A DNA stretch of 64,000 bases. It comes from an uncultured bacterium. GTDB lineage: Bacteria > SAR324 > NAC60-12. The translations under genes and the position numbers were made by a program. Below the pieces are notes generated by a model. The model was not told where the DNA came from. It saw nothing but the letters and a program-made list of their open reading frames with translations, and searched no databases. The stretch lies in NCBI GenBank assembly GCA_964010765.1, contig CAXGMD010000002.1, forward strand, positions 1 through 64,000. The letters run 5' to 3'. This document shows, piece after piece, positions 40,331-50,403 of this stretch (positions are counted from its first letter, which is position 1; each line of letters starts with the position of its first letter).

Positions 40331-40446
40331 TATTTGAGGGAAGGGGGCATCTGAATTGGAATTAACCGATGTCTGCAGCCTTTGAAATTTTTAGTAGGTG
40401 ATGAACTAAGGTTTCATTCACTTCTGAACTTCGGGGGGATAAAAAC

Positions 40447-41244
40447 ATGGATCTTCAATTAAATGGAAAAGTTGCTTTAATGACAGGTGCCAGCTGAGGT
40501 TTAGGCAAGGCATGCGCTGAAATGCTAGCCTCAGAGGGTTGTCATCTTTCACTTTGTGGCAGAAACAAAGCCAAACTGGAGGAGGTTGCTAACGGATTGA
40601 GGAGTGATACTATCAAGGTGTTGACCGTAGAAGCTGATCTGAGGAAGCGCGAAGAAAATGAAAAATTCGTAAATGAGTCAGTAGTTCACTTTGGCGGCAT
40701 AGACATCCTAATTAATAATGCGGGTGCGGGGCAATTGAGTGATCTTCTCAGTCACGATGAGGGTGTTATCAGAGAAAGTATGGACTTGATGTACTATGGC
40801 CCTTTGCACGCTTCCAGAGCTGCAATTCCACATTTAAGGACAAGGGGTGGAGGAAGAATCATTAATATCTCCTCCATTTTTGGAAAGCAACCTGGAGGGT
40901 TGGTTGATTATGACTCCGTCAAGGCCGCCCTGAACATGCTTACAAAGGACATGGCGAATTATCTCGCAGGAGATAAAATTCTGGTCAATGCTGTGTGTCC
41001 GGGTCCAATCAAAGGGCCACTTTGGGAAGAACCAGGGGGACTAGGAGATCAATTGGGAGGTTTTCTAGGTATGCCTGGTCCCGATGCGATTGAGGCATTC
41101 GCTAAGCAAAACATTCCTCTGGGCCATTATGGAGATCCAGAAGATGTGTCAGCATTGGTTGCTTACTTGGCATCACCACACGGGAAATTCATCACTGGCC
41201 AGGCAATCAACGTTGATGGTGGTATGGTCAAAGCATTGATTTAA
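40447..41244 (+). pseudogene. Short-chain dehydrogenase with an in-frame TGA (40495-40497) inside the Rossmann motif
   Basis: ATG 40447 after GGGGGA gives MDLQLNGKVALMTGAS*GLGKACAEML; continues in frame to NNAG, YDSVK, NAVCPG and ITGQAINVDGG. Confidence 0.85.
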
Positions 41245-41308
41245 TTTCTGAATTTTTTAAGAAAATAAATATTCAGGGTGCATCCCACACAAATAATGGA
41301 GGAATCTG

Positions 41309-42313
41309 ATGAAAAAGTTGTTGAATGATCCATACAAGTACGTTGATGAAATGTTGGTCGGAATGTGTGCGGCTCACCCTGAAATTTACAGACAGACTGG
41401 CGAAGGTGGACGGGTCATTACCCGAGCTGGGTCTCAAAGACCAGGTAAGGTTGGTATAGTCTCAGGGGGTGGTTCAGGACACTTGCCTGTGTTTACAGGC
41501 TATGTGGGCCATGGGCTTTTAGATGCTTGTGCGATTGGAGATGTATTCGCATCTCCGTCGGTCGAGCAGATGGCTGAAGCGATGAAAGTTGCTCATGCGG
41601 GTGCGGGAGTGTTGCGCCTCTACGGAAATTATGGGGGAGATGTGATGAACTTCGATATGGCTGGAGAGCAACTGGAGATGGAGGAAGATATCCAATCGAC
41701 CACTGTTCTCCTGGCAGATGATGTTTCCTCTGCTCCACCTGAGGAAGCGGAGAAACGTCGAGGTGTTGCAGGAATGGTCTACGCTTTCAAAATCGCAGGA
41801 GCTGCGGCTGAACAAATGCGATCGCTAGAGGAAGTGACCCGAATTGCCCAAGACACCGCAGATTCCTGCCGTAGTGTAGGGGCTGCATTGACTCCTTGCA
41901 CAATCCCACAAGCTGGTAAAGCAACCTTTGAGATTGCCGAGGATGAAATGGAAATGGGAATGGGTATTCATGGGGAACCTGGAGTATGGAGAGGCAAGCT
42001 CAAATCGGCAGATGAAATTGCTCTTGAGATGGTTGATCGCTTGATTGCGGATCGGGCGATTAGTTCAGGTGATCGGCTCTCAGTAATGGTTAATAGTCTC
42101 GGTGCCACACCTCCTGAAGAACTCTACATCCTCTATCGAATTGTAAAAAAGCGGATTGAAGATTTGGGAGCCACAATAGTGATGCCACTTGTCGGGCGCT
42201 ACGCAACTTCAATGGAAATGGCAGGCGTCTCTATGACATTTTGTTTCTTAAATCAGGAAAGAGAGGCATTACTTCAGGCACCTGCGCGTTGTGCTTTTTG
42301 GCAGGTAGGATGA
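41309..42313 (+). CDS. dhaK: Dihydroxyacetone kinase family, DhaK subunit
   Basis: SGGGSGHLP, GDVFASPS, NYGGDVMNF, RRGVAG, GMGIHGEPG, TSMEMAGVS. Confidence 0.9.
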   Translation: MKKLLNDPYKYVDEMLVGMCAAHPEIYRQTGEGGRVITRAGSQRPGKVGIVSGGGSGHLPVFTGYVGHGLLDACAIGDVFASPSVEQMAEAMKVAHAGAGVLRLYGNYGGDVMNFDMAGEQLEMEEDIQSTTVLLADDVSSAPPEEAEKRRGVAGMVYAFKIAGAAAEQMRSLEEVTRIAQDTADSCRSVGAALTPCTIPQAGKATFEIAEDEMEMGMGIHGEPGVWRGKLKSADEIALEMVDRLIADRAISSGDRLSVMVNSLGATPPEELYILYRIVKKRIEDLGATIVMPLVGRYATSMEMAGVSMTFCFLNQEREALLQAPARCAFWQVG

Positions 42314-42909
42314 TGAAAGTTTCGTGGTTGCAGGACCAACTACCCCGGTTGGCTGAACACCTAGAATCAAGTGCAGAGGAACTGAACGGCCTAGATGCCC
42401 AACTTGGGGATGGTGACCTCGGGGTGACAATGGTTCGCGGGGGTCGGCAGCTTCTGGAGATTCGGGAAGAACTTCCTGATGATTGGGGAACGGCGCTGCT
42501 AAAGTGTGCCCAAGCCTTTACCAAAACCAGTGGCTCCAGTTACGGGACCATCCTGGCTACAGGTTTGATGGCGATGGCCAAGCAGAAGAAGGGGCAGGCA
42601 GAATTGGATGCTACTGAGTGGGCTGGTCTACTCAAATTGGCACTGGAGGCAATGCAACAACGTGGCAAAGCAGAGTTGGGTCAGAAGACCGTCTTGGACC
42701 CACTCTCAGCAGCGCAGATGAAATTAGAAAGTGCTCCTGAAGCAAGTCTCACTGATCTGATCGAGGTGGTGCAGCAAACGATAGATGACTTCAGGGATAA
42801 GCCCTGCCAAATTGGCAGAGCTCGCATTTTTCAGGACAAGTCAATTGGCTTGGATGATCCTGGAATGGTTGCATTCAAAAGGCTTCTTGAGGGTCTCGAT
42901 TCCAATTAG
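42310..42909 (+). CDS. dhaL: Dihydroxyacetone kinase family, DhaL subunit
   Basis: LNGLDAQLGDGDLG, GSSYGT, RGKAELGQKTVLD, GRAR, DPG; ATGA overlap with dhaK. Confidence 0.9.
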   Translation: MMKVSWLQDQLPRLAEHLESSAEELNGLDAQLGDGDLGVTMVRGGRQLLEIREELPDDWGTALLKCAQAFTKTSGSSYGTILATGLMAMAKQKKGQAELDATEWAGLLKLALEAMQQRGKAELGQKTVLDPLSAAQMKLESAPEASLTDLIEVVQQTIDDFRDKPCQIGRARIFQDKSIGLDDPGMVAFKRLLEGLDSN

Positions 42910-42964
42910 TAGACTAGATCCTAAAGGTAATTCCTCCTAAGGAATGTCTCCACCCTCAATTTTA

Positions 42965-43317
42965 GATAAAATCGTTGAAGATAAATACTGTGGGTAAGAT
43001 CCTCTCGGTCGTTCAAATCACACTGATGAGTTGGCCCGCAAATATACGACGCCAATCCTCAAGGATGAACGGATAACGGATTCTGGCCAACCAACAGGGG
43101 AATCTTTAAGACCTTTGAAACGGCAAGATCTCTTGTCGATGGTGGCCTGCGAAAAATTGAAATTGGCTGATCCTGATTTTACCGGGAAGAAACACTACAA
43201 TATGCGGTTACCTTGGGCAGAAGCATATCCAAGGCTGTTTACGGTGAACTGAACTCACAGCAGGCTTTGGATGAGGCTGCTGAAGAATGTGCCAAGATTT
43301 ACAGAAACTTGGAATAG
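42965..43317 (+). pseudogene. Degraded remnant resembling the C-terminus of a sugar ABC substrate-binding protein
   Basis: My translation: ...GFWPTNRGIFKTFETARSLVDGGLRKIEIG*S*FYREETLQYAVTLGRSISKAVYGELNSQQALDEAAEEC; stops at 43168 and 43174; probable frameshift upstream. Confidence 0.55.
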
Positions 43318-43450
43318 ATAACCAAAAGTAACACAACGAGAACTTCCTTCCTTACTTAAGAAAACTGGTTACAAGATCTAAGACTTCTCCTGTCATTGCC
43401 CTGATGGTTAATGATACTTTCTACTCTCCTTCGTCTGCTTCCGCCTTAAT

Positions 43451-44482
43451 ATGATTTCTGAAAATAGCCGTCACTTATATCTGCAACTCCTGCGGGTTAG
43501 AACTTTTGAAGACCGAGTGGGTGAATTATTTCTTCAGGGGGGAAGCGCTGGAACCATGCTTCATTTGTCCATTGGAGAGGAAGCTCCAGCAGTTGGAGTT
43601 GCTGAAGCGATGCAGCCCAAGGATAGTTTTACAACCCATCATCGTGGTCATGGAATTTTTCTCGCTCGAGGTGCGGACCCGAAAAGAATGCTCGCTGAAA
43701 TAGCTGGAAAAGAAGCCGGTTACTGTCGAGGGAAGGGTGGTTCCATGCACATTGCGGATCGAAAATTAGGTCATCTTGGGGCAAATGCGATCGTGGGTGG
43801 AGGGATTCCTCATGTCGTTGGTGCTGGATTGAGTTACCAACTTCTAAAAATTCCTGCGGTTTCCATCGCTTTCTTTGGTGATGGAGCCATGCAGCAGGGA
43901 AATTTATACGAAAGTATGAATCTGGCCGCGCTTTGGAAACTTCCAGTCCTCTTTGTTTGTATCAACAATCAATATGGAATGGGGACTAGACTCGACCAGG
44001 CTAGTGCATCCCTTGAGTTTGTAAAGCGTGCCGAGTCTTTTGGGTTAGTTGGCAAAGAGGTGTCAGGACTTGATGTGGAAGAAGTAAAAAAAGAGGCAGT
44101 GGATATTTTAGAGTTGGCGCGTGCAGGGAAACCATCTTTCATGAAAATTGACTGCTATCGCTTCCATGGGCATGCGAGGAAAGACAAGAGTCCCTATCGA
44201 GATCAGAATGAGGAAGAGGAAGGTCGAAAAAAAGATCCCATAAAATTTCAGGCAGATCGATTAATAGAACAAGGAGTCTCCGCCTCGGAGATGGATAGTT
44301 TGCACAAAAAGGTTGCTGATGAAATGGATGAAGCTTTGATTTTCGCCTTGGAAACTCAGGAACCTTTGTTGAATTCAATGTTCGAAGATGTCTATGCCCC
44401 TAATTTGACGCATCCAGAATCTGTCGGGTCAAGGATTGATCGTGCACTGTACTCTGATATCCTTGAGGGGGACTATCGATGA
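43451..44482 (+). CDS. TPP-dependent dehydrogenase E1 alpha subunit (divergent AcoA/PdhA-like)
   Basis: LHLSIGEEA, HRGHG, GKGGSMH, FFGDGA...INNQY, RFHGH. Confidence 0.9.
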   Translation: MISENSRHLYLQLLRVRTFEDRVGELFLQGGSAGTMLHLSIGEEAPAVGVAEAMQPKDSFTTHHRGHGIFLARGADPKRMLAEIAGKEAGYCRGKGGSMHIADRKLGHLGANAIVGGGIPHVVGAGLSYQLLKIPAVSIAFFGDGAMQQGNLYESMNLAALWKLPVLFVCINNQYGMGTRLDQASASLEFVKRAESFGLVGKEVSGLDVEEVKKEAVDILELARAGKPSFMKIDCYRFHGHARKDKSPYRDQNEEEEGRKKDPIKFQADRLIEQGVSASEMDSLHKKVADEMDEALIFALETQEPLLNSMFEDVYAPNLTHPESVGSRIDRALYSDILEGDYR

Positions 44483-45456
44483 AAGAGATGACCTATCGGG
44501 ATGCCCTGCGTTTGGGCCTTCAGGAATCAATGCAGTCTGATCCAACTATCGTAATCTTGGGAGAGGAGGTTGGGAGATACGGGGGCGCATATGGGGTTAC
44601 CAAGGGGCTTCTTCAAGAATTTGGGGAAGACTGGGTAAGAGATACTCCAATCTCAGAAGAAATATTAGTGGGAGCGGCGGTTGGAGCAGCAATGACTGGT
44701 TTGCGACCTGTTGCAGAGTTGATGTACGTCGATTTTATCACACTGGCGATGGATCAATTGGTGAACCAGGCTGCCAAGATCCGCTATATGTTTGGTGGGC
44801 AAATCAGTGTTCCGATGATGTTGCGAAGCCAAGGTGGTACAGGTAGATCTGCAGCAGCTCAACATTCACAAAGTCTGGAAGCCTGGGTGATGCATACTCC
44901 AGGATTGCACTTGGCAATGCCAGCTGATGCGACAGACGCCTACGTCTTGATCAAACATGCACTGACACTTGCTGATCCAGTAGTATTTCTGGAGCACAAA
45001 GGTTTGTACGCCCAAAGCTTTCCCTTTAATCCTGAATCCGCTCCCCCTTGGGGCAGGGCTAAGATCAGTCGGTCAGGCAATGATTGTTCAATTATTTGTT
45101 ACTCCAGAATGGTTCAGCGCTCTCTGGAGGCGGCGGCCCAACTAGCTGAGTTGGGGGTGGAGGTGGAAGTTGTTGACCTGAGGACCTTGCATCCTCTGGA
45201 TATGGAAACAGTAACAAAATCTGTCCGAAAGACAGGGCGGGCTCTTGTGGTCACGGAGGACTGCCTGACAGCCGGTGTAAGCGCCGAGTTGTCAGCCAGA
45301 ATCACGGAAGAAAACTTTGAGTACCTGGAAGAACCCGTCCTGCGAATGGCTGGAGAGGATATTCCCATCCCTGTATCTCCTGCTTTGGAAGCTGTATCGG
45401 TGCCCACCAATGAAAGCATCAGACAAAGTATTCTCAAATTGATGCGAAAAAAATGA
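44479..45456 (+). CDS. TPP-dependent dehydrogenase E1 beta subunit
   Basis: GEEVGRYGGAYGVT, DTPISE, RPVAELM, NQAAKIRYMFGG, AAQHSQSLE. Confidence 0.92.
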   Translation: MKEMTYRDALRLGLQESMQSDPTIVILGEEVGRYGGAYGVTKGLLQEFGEDWVRDTPISEEILVGAAVGAAMTGLRPVAELMYVDFITLAMDQLVNQAAKIRYMFGGQISVPMMLRSQGGTGRSAAAQHSQSLEAWVMHTPGLHLAMPADATDAYVLIKHALTLADPVVFLEHKGLYAQSFPFNPESAPPWGRAKISRSGNDCSIICYSRMVQRSLEAAAQLAELGVEVEVVDLRTLHPLDMETVTKSVRKTGRALVVTEDCLTAGVSAELSARITEENFEYLEEPVLRMAGEDIPIPVSPALEAVSVPTNESIRQSILKLMRKK

Positions 45457-46751
45457 GTACTGAACTAAGACTTCCTCGGCTTGGAGAGACAATGGAGGAG
45501 GGGATTGTTGTCACTTGGAACCTTTCGGAGGGTGAGAGTTTTGAGCGGGGGGATACCCTGCTGGAGGTGGAAACTGATAAAATGGTTGCCGAAGTTCCAG
45601 CTCTGGAGTCTGGAACCCTGCTGGAAATTTTGGTCGAAGAGCAGGCAAAAGTAAAAGTTGGAGATATCCTCGCGCTAATTGATCCCTCAGAAAAAAGTCC
45701 CAGAAAAACTGAAATCCCAATCAAGACGGAACAGTCTGCCTCAAAAAACAACCCGGAATCTCCCCCTCTTTCATACGATCCCTCGCAATCCTTGGCACAT
45801 GATGAAAAAGTTCTGGACCTGATCCGCGCAATTCCCGGTGCAAGAAGACTAGCCAAACGTGATGGCATCGATTTAAAGACAATCATTGGAACTGGGCCAG
45901 CTGGTAGAATTGAGAGATTTGATGTTGTTAAAGTTTTTCAAAATGAACCAGCGGTAGCTTCCCCCAAAAAATCTTTGGGGCCACAAATGGGACCTGGTGG
46001 AATTCGTTTTCTGAGACGAGGAAAACAAAGCGGTACTCCTGTCGTACTATTGCATGGCTTTGCATCGGATCTTCATTCGTGGAGGCTAATCCATGGTCCT
46101 TTGTCACGTCATCGAGATGTTATTGCCTTGGAACTTCCTGGGCATGGTGAGTCTGGAGGTTGGCAAAGGAGTGGGGGTGTGCAGGCCTTAGCTCAACATC
46201 TTGAGCAGGTCATTATAGAACTTGAACTAGGGACAGTCGATCTTGTTGGTCACTCCCTTGGAGGAGCGATTGCTGTTTGTTTGGCTTCTCAGCAAACCAA
46301 CATGGTTCGTCGGCTGACGCTGTTGGCTCCAGTCGGATTCGGCACTGAAATAAATTTGTCTGCTGTCGAGCAATTTACAGAAGAACTTTCAGTGTCAGAA
46401 ATCGAGCTTGCTCTGTCTCGTCTTTTTTATGATTTACGATGGGTTAGTAAGGATTTGATTGAAGCCACCAAGAAAAATTTTGGTAGCTCAAGCCGGAGAG
46501 TTCAGGCGAGGAATCTTTTAAAGAGTATCTTCCCATCGGGAAGTCAGGAATGGGATGGCCAGAGTTTATTGAGCAAATTGAATCAGCCAGTTCGCATAAT
46601 ATGGGGGGAAGAAGATTTGATCCTCCCCGTCAGACACCTCAATGGATTGCCAGGTTGGGTTGCCCAACACCGACTTTCAAAGGTGGGACATGTGCCTCAA
46701 ATTGAAGCTGCACCGCTACTGTTGAGAATTTTACAGGCTGACCCGGCTTAA
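45453..46751 (+). CDS. AcoC-like protein: lipoyl domain + subunit-binding domain + alpha/beta hydrolase
   Basis: Lipoyl ETDKM; PGARRLA...GTGPAGRIERFDV; LHGF, GHSLGG, WGEED, GHVPQIE. Confidence 0.85.
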   Translation: MSTELRLPRLGETMEEGIVVTWNLSEGESFERGDTLLEVETDKMVAEVPALESGTLLEILVEEQAKVKVGDILALIDPSEKSPRKTEIPIKTEQSASKNNPESPPLSYDPSQSLAHDEKVLDLIRAIPGARRLAKRDGIDLKTIIGTGPAGRIERFDVVKVFQNEPAVASPKKSLGPQMGPGGIRFLRRGKQSGTPVVLLHGFASDLHSWRLIHGPLSRHRDVIALELPGHGESGGWQRSGGVQALAQHLEQVIIELELGTVDLVGHSLGGAIAVCLASQQTNMVRRLTLLAPVGFGTEINLSAVEQFTEELSVSEIELALSRLFYDLRWVSKDLIEATKKNFGSSSRRVQARNLLKSIFPSGSQEWDGQSLLSKLNQPVRIIWGEEDLILPVRHLNGLPGWVAQHRLSKVGHVPQIEAAPLLLRILQADPA

Positions 46752-46784
46752 AATTTTTTCGATTCTGACAAATCAGGGGAACAC

Positions 46785-48284
46785 ATGCAGAAAAGATATG
46801 TCATTGGGGTAGACGGCGGAACTGAGTCGCTTCGTGCCGGAGTCTTCGATCTCTTGGGGAATCCACTTGCCTTCGCATCAGTGACTTATCCGACTGACTT
46901 TCCAGTTCCCGGTTGGGCAGAACAAAATCCAGAAGATTGGTGGAATGCTCTCGGGGGGGCTGTTCGCCAAGCGGTGATCGATGCCAAAGTGGGCAAGCAG
47001 GAAATCTTAGGTCTTTGTCTGGATACGACTTGTTGCAGTGTTGTGGTCCTGGATGGTGCTGGAAATCCACTGAGACCCGCCTTGATCTGGATGGACATGC
47101 GTTCTGCTCCGCAGACAGAGCAAGTCTTGGCAACGGAGGATCCCGCGCTACAAGTCAACAGTAATGGAAATGGGCCAGTCAGTGCTGAGTGGATGATTCC
47201 AAAGTCATTATGGATTCACCAAAATGAACCTGAAATTTTCCGGAATGCAGAGACTATCTGTGAGTTCCAAGATTACTTAAATCTTCACCTGACAGGCAAG
47301 CGAGTTGCCAGCATCAACAATGTCTCAGTACGATGGCACTATGGGCCTGGCTGGGGTGGCTGGCCGACTAGCATGGTTGAAAATTTAGGGATGCCGGAGT
47401 TGTTGACAAAATGGCCAGAAACAGTTCTCAGATTGGGCGAAGAAATTGGAAGCTTGACATCAAGTGCCGCCTCTCATTTGGATCTCCAAGAAGGTTTGCC
47501 TGTTCTGCAAGGTGGTGCTGATGCTTTTATTGGGATGATTGGTCTGGGTGTAGTGGATCCGGGAAGTCTTGCATTTATTACAGGTTCTTCTCATCTCCAC
47601 CTAGGGTTGAGTTCTCAGGCTTTCCACGGTCAGGGAATTTGGGGAACCTATGCTGATGCAGTAGTCCCTGGACTGCATGTGGTGGAGGGTGGTCAAACCT
47701 CAACAGGTTCTGTAGTCAGCTGGATTCGTAGAACTTTAGGCAACCCATCCTACGAAGAATTGAATGAAGAGGCAGCTCAATTGGAACCTGGATCAGAAGG
47801 AGTTATTACTCAGGAACATTTTCAGGGAAACCGAACTCCTCACACGGATCCTCTTTCACGGGGCGTCATTAGTGGGCTAACGTTAAAACATGAACGCGGC
47901 CATCTATTTCGAGCCACCCTAGAGGGGATTGCTTTTGGAACTGAATTGATCCTTGAAACAATGAGGAATAATGGTTTCGCAGCGGAAACCGTTGTCTTGG
48001 CGGGAGGAGCTACTAGATCGAATCTGTGGCTACAAATTCATGCGGATGTTTCCAATTTACCCTTGACTCTGACTAAGGTTCCAGACGCTCCGGCACTAGG
48101 CTCAGCGATCTTGGCAGCAGTTGGTTCAGGAGCTTTTAGTGATATTGGCAGTGCGGCTCGGAAAATGGTGCAGATTGATAGGGTGATCGAACCGAACTCA
48201 GAAACTCATGGTCTTTATCAGCCTTTTTATCATAGTTACCGAGAGCACTATCTAGCCATGAAAAACGCTCGATCTGGTTTGTGA
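46785..48284 (+). CDS. FGGY family carbohydrate kinase (pentulose/ribulokinase-like)
   Basis: IGVDGGTESLR, WAEQNP, DTTCCS, WMDMR, GGADA, GNRTP, LEGIAF, GGATRS. Confidence 0.9.
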   Translation: MQKRYVIGVDGGTESLRAGVFDLLGNPLAFASVTYPTDFPVPGWAEQNPEDWWNALGGAVRQAVIDAKVGKQEILGLCLDTTCCSVVVLDGAGNPLRPALIWMDMRSAPQTEQVLATEDPALQVNSNGNGPVSAEWMIPKSLWIHQNEPEIFRNAETICEFQDYLNLHLTGKRVASINNVSVRWHYGPGWGGWPTSMVENLGMPELLTKWPETVLRLGEEIGSLTSSAASHLDLQEGLPVLQGGADAFIGMIGLGVVDPGSLAFITGSSHLHLGLSSQAFHGQGIWGTYADAVVPGLHVVEGGQTSTGSVVSWIRRTLGNPSYEELNEEAAQLEPGSEGVITQEHFQGNRTPHTDPLSRGVISGLTLKHERGHLFRATLEGIAFGTELILETMRNNGFAAETVVLAGGATRSNLWLQIHADVSNLPLTLTKVPDAPALGSAILAAVGSGAFSDIGSAARKMVQIDRVIEPNSETHGLYQPFYHSYREHYLAMKNARSGL

Positions 48285-48295
48285 GCACCAAAGCC

Positions 48296-50245
48296 CTAGT
48301 TCATATTTTCAGTCCACTGATGACTGAGGCGTTTTACAGAAATCCCTGCTTTTTTCATGTGACGATAAATTGTTTTTCGATCACATCCCATACGTTTGGA
48401 GACTGCTGAGATATTCCAATTCATTTCCTCCAGCAAATCGTAGAGTGAGATTGATTCAGGATCCTGTTCTGCAGATGTTTTAAAGGTTATTGATGGATCC
48501 GATTTGCTTTTTCCTCCAAATTGAATTTCCTCTGGCAAGTCACTCAAATTGATGTGACCTTCCCCAAGAAGTTTTGCCAATTCAAGAATGTTTTCAAGCT
48601 GCCGAATATTCCCAGGCCACCCATACTGGAGCAACACTTCTTCGGCTTCTCTAGAGATGGTGGTCACTGATTCTTTCTGTCCTTTGTGTTGTTTTGCCAG
48701 AATTCGATTGATCAACCATTTGAGATCCTCACGTTCTCTAAGTGCGGGCATCGTGAAAGTAATGCCTGCTACACGGTAGTATAAATCTTCTCTGAATTCA
48801 CCGGCTTCTACCAACTCACGCAAGTTGCGGTGGGAAGCACAAATCACCCGAATATGAATATGCTTCGTCTTTGATGAACCAATACGCATCAACTCCTTTT
48901 CAGCAAGTACTCTGAGCAACCTGGCCTGCAGATTCAGAGGCATATCCCCAATTTCATCCAAGAAAAGAATTCCACCATTCGCCTGTTCGATGAGGCCGAT
49001 TTTCCCTTTTGCTCTGGCTCCGGTGAAGGCACCATTTTCGTAACCAAATAGCTCACTTTCAATTAAGTTTTCAGGAATGGCTGCACAGTTAATCGCAATG
49101 AATGGACCTGGGACTCTGCGCATTCCATGGATGTATTTTGCAAGAAATTCCTTGCCTGTTCCGGTTTCACCTTGGAGTAGGATATTAACCTCTGCTTCAA
49201 CCAGTTTGTCGAGCTTGTGCGCGATGCTCTCCATCTTTTTATCACCCCCATGGAGTACCCCATAAGCTTTGTAAGGTGTATCTCCAAGAGTGTTTCTGAC
49301 TGGTTGTCTAGTTTGTGTTGCACTGATGAAGTAGGTTTCTCCGTTGTGCATGCGTACCAATCGTTTATGGACAGGAGTGTTCCGATTCATTAACGGTAGC
49401 TCTTCCATCCGCAATTCAAAGTAGTCGGACAACAGTTCATTCAGAACTTCATTTCCTTGATGAATCCCCTTTTTTGGATTCAGCAGAGCCAGGGCTTTGC
49501 TCGTCATTCCATTGATCCTTCCACTCGAATTCAGCGAAATTGCGTAATCTGGAGCAATCTCCAGGAAGACGGATGACTTGCTGAATGTAACGAGCCACTC
49601 CGATTTGTAGTTATTGATTAAGGCCGCCATTTCAATTCTTGAGGCCCAGATACTCACTAACTGTTGGGCAAATGATTGCGAGTTTTTTGATCTGGGAGCT
49701 TGGAGAGCTGAGACGTCAAGTACAGCCGCCAAATTACCAAAAGGATCATAGATTGGAGCTGCTGTGCAGGTGAGTGAGATATGGGAGGCATGGAAATGAT
49801 CTGTTTTGTGAACTGTGATCGGTTTTCCAGTGTAGATACAGGCACCGATGCCATTAGTCCCTACCTTTTCCTCTAACCATTCTGCTCCTAAATAAAGACC
49901 TGCTTTGCGAAAAGCTGATTCCTTATCAGGATCACAAAGGTAATCCAAAGTGACTCCCTGAGAATTAGTCAGTAACACCACATAATTATACCCAACAATT
50001 TCCTGGTATAGAGTTTCGAGGCCGAATCTGGCTGTTCTCAATAAATCTTCAGCTTCATCAACATGTTCACGAAGATTTTCTTCTGGGAGAATGTAGGCAG
50101 ATCTTCTTTCAAACGGATTTAGCTCATGGACTTGGATGCATCTGCGCCAAGAATCAATAATTTCTTGGTCTCGATCCCCTTGGTGGGTCTCATTAATGAC
50201 ACTTTGGATCTCCTCAACGTGTAACACGTCTTGACTCTGATTCAT
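48296..50245 (-). CDS. acoR: Sigma54-dependent activator with GAF domain (AcoR-like)
   Basis: SWRRC, GTNGIG GAF motifs; GETGTGKE, GAFTGA, LFLDEIGD, FREDLYYR, WPGNIRQL; C-terminal HTH. ATG 50245 follows GGAGG. Confidence 0.88.
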   Translation of the reverse strand: MNQSQDVLHVEEIQSVINETHQGDRDQEIIDSWRRCIQVHELNPFERRSAYILPEENLREHVDEAEDLLRTARFGLETLYQEIVGYNYVVLLTNSQGVTLDYLCDPDKESAFRKAGLYLGAEWLEEKVGTNGIGACIYTGKPITVHKTDHFHASHISLTCTAAPIYDPFGNLAAVLDVSALQAPRSKNSQSFAQQLVSIWASRIEMAALINNYKSEWLVTFSKSSVFLEIAPDYAISLNSSGRINGMTSKALALLNPKKGIHQGNEVLNELLSDYFELRMEELPLMNRNTPVHKRLVRMHNGETYFISATQTRQPVRNTLGDTPYKAYGVLHGGDKKMESIAHKLDKLVEAEVNILLQGETGTGKEFLAKYIHGMRRVPGPFIAINCAAIPENLIESELFGYENGAFTGARAKGKIGLIEQANGGILFLDEIGDMPLNLQARLLRVLAEKELMRIGSSKTKHIHIRVICASHRNLRELVEAGEFREDLYYRVAGITFTMPALREREDLKWLINRILAKQHKGQKESVTTISREAEEVLLQYGWPGNIRQLENILELAKLLGEGHINLSDLPEEIQFGGKSKSDPSITFKTSAEQDPESISLYDLLEEMNWNISAVSKRMGCDRKTIYRHMKKAGISVKRLSHQWTENMN

Positions 50246-50403
50246 TTTTCCTCCCCTAATTGCCAAAAAAACCAGATCTAATCCCCTGAATCTTCAGGCT
50301 GGCTGGATAAGCGTAACCTAGATTTAAAAATTAAATTCTTAAATTAATCCTTTTGAAAAAAAATTATGTTTGGTTATTTGATTAAGCGAAGCACTAACAG
50401 AAT

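Noticed and set aside
1078..40497. Stop-codon recoding or selenocysteine as the explanation for the in-frame TAA (1078) and TGA (40495)
   Set aside because: TAA, TGA and TAG all end normal genes in this window, the two interruptions use different codons, and the TGA is at a position that is not Cys in SDRs.
43031..43252. 73-aa ORF in the track as a real gene
   Set aside because: TTG start without a clear RBS; the protein-like signal lies mostly in another frame (SBP remnant).
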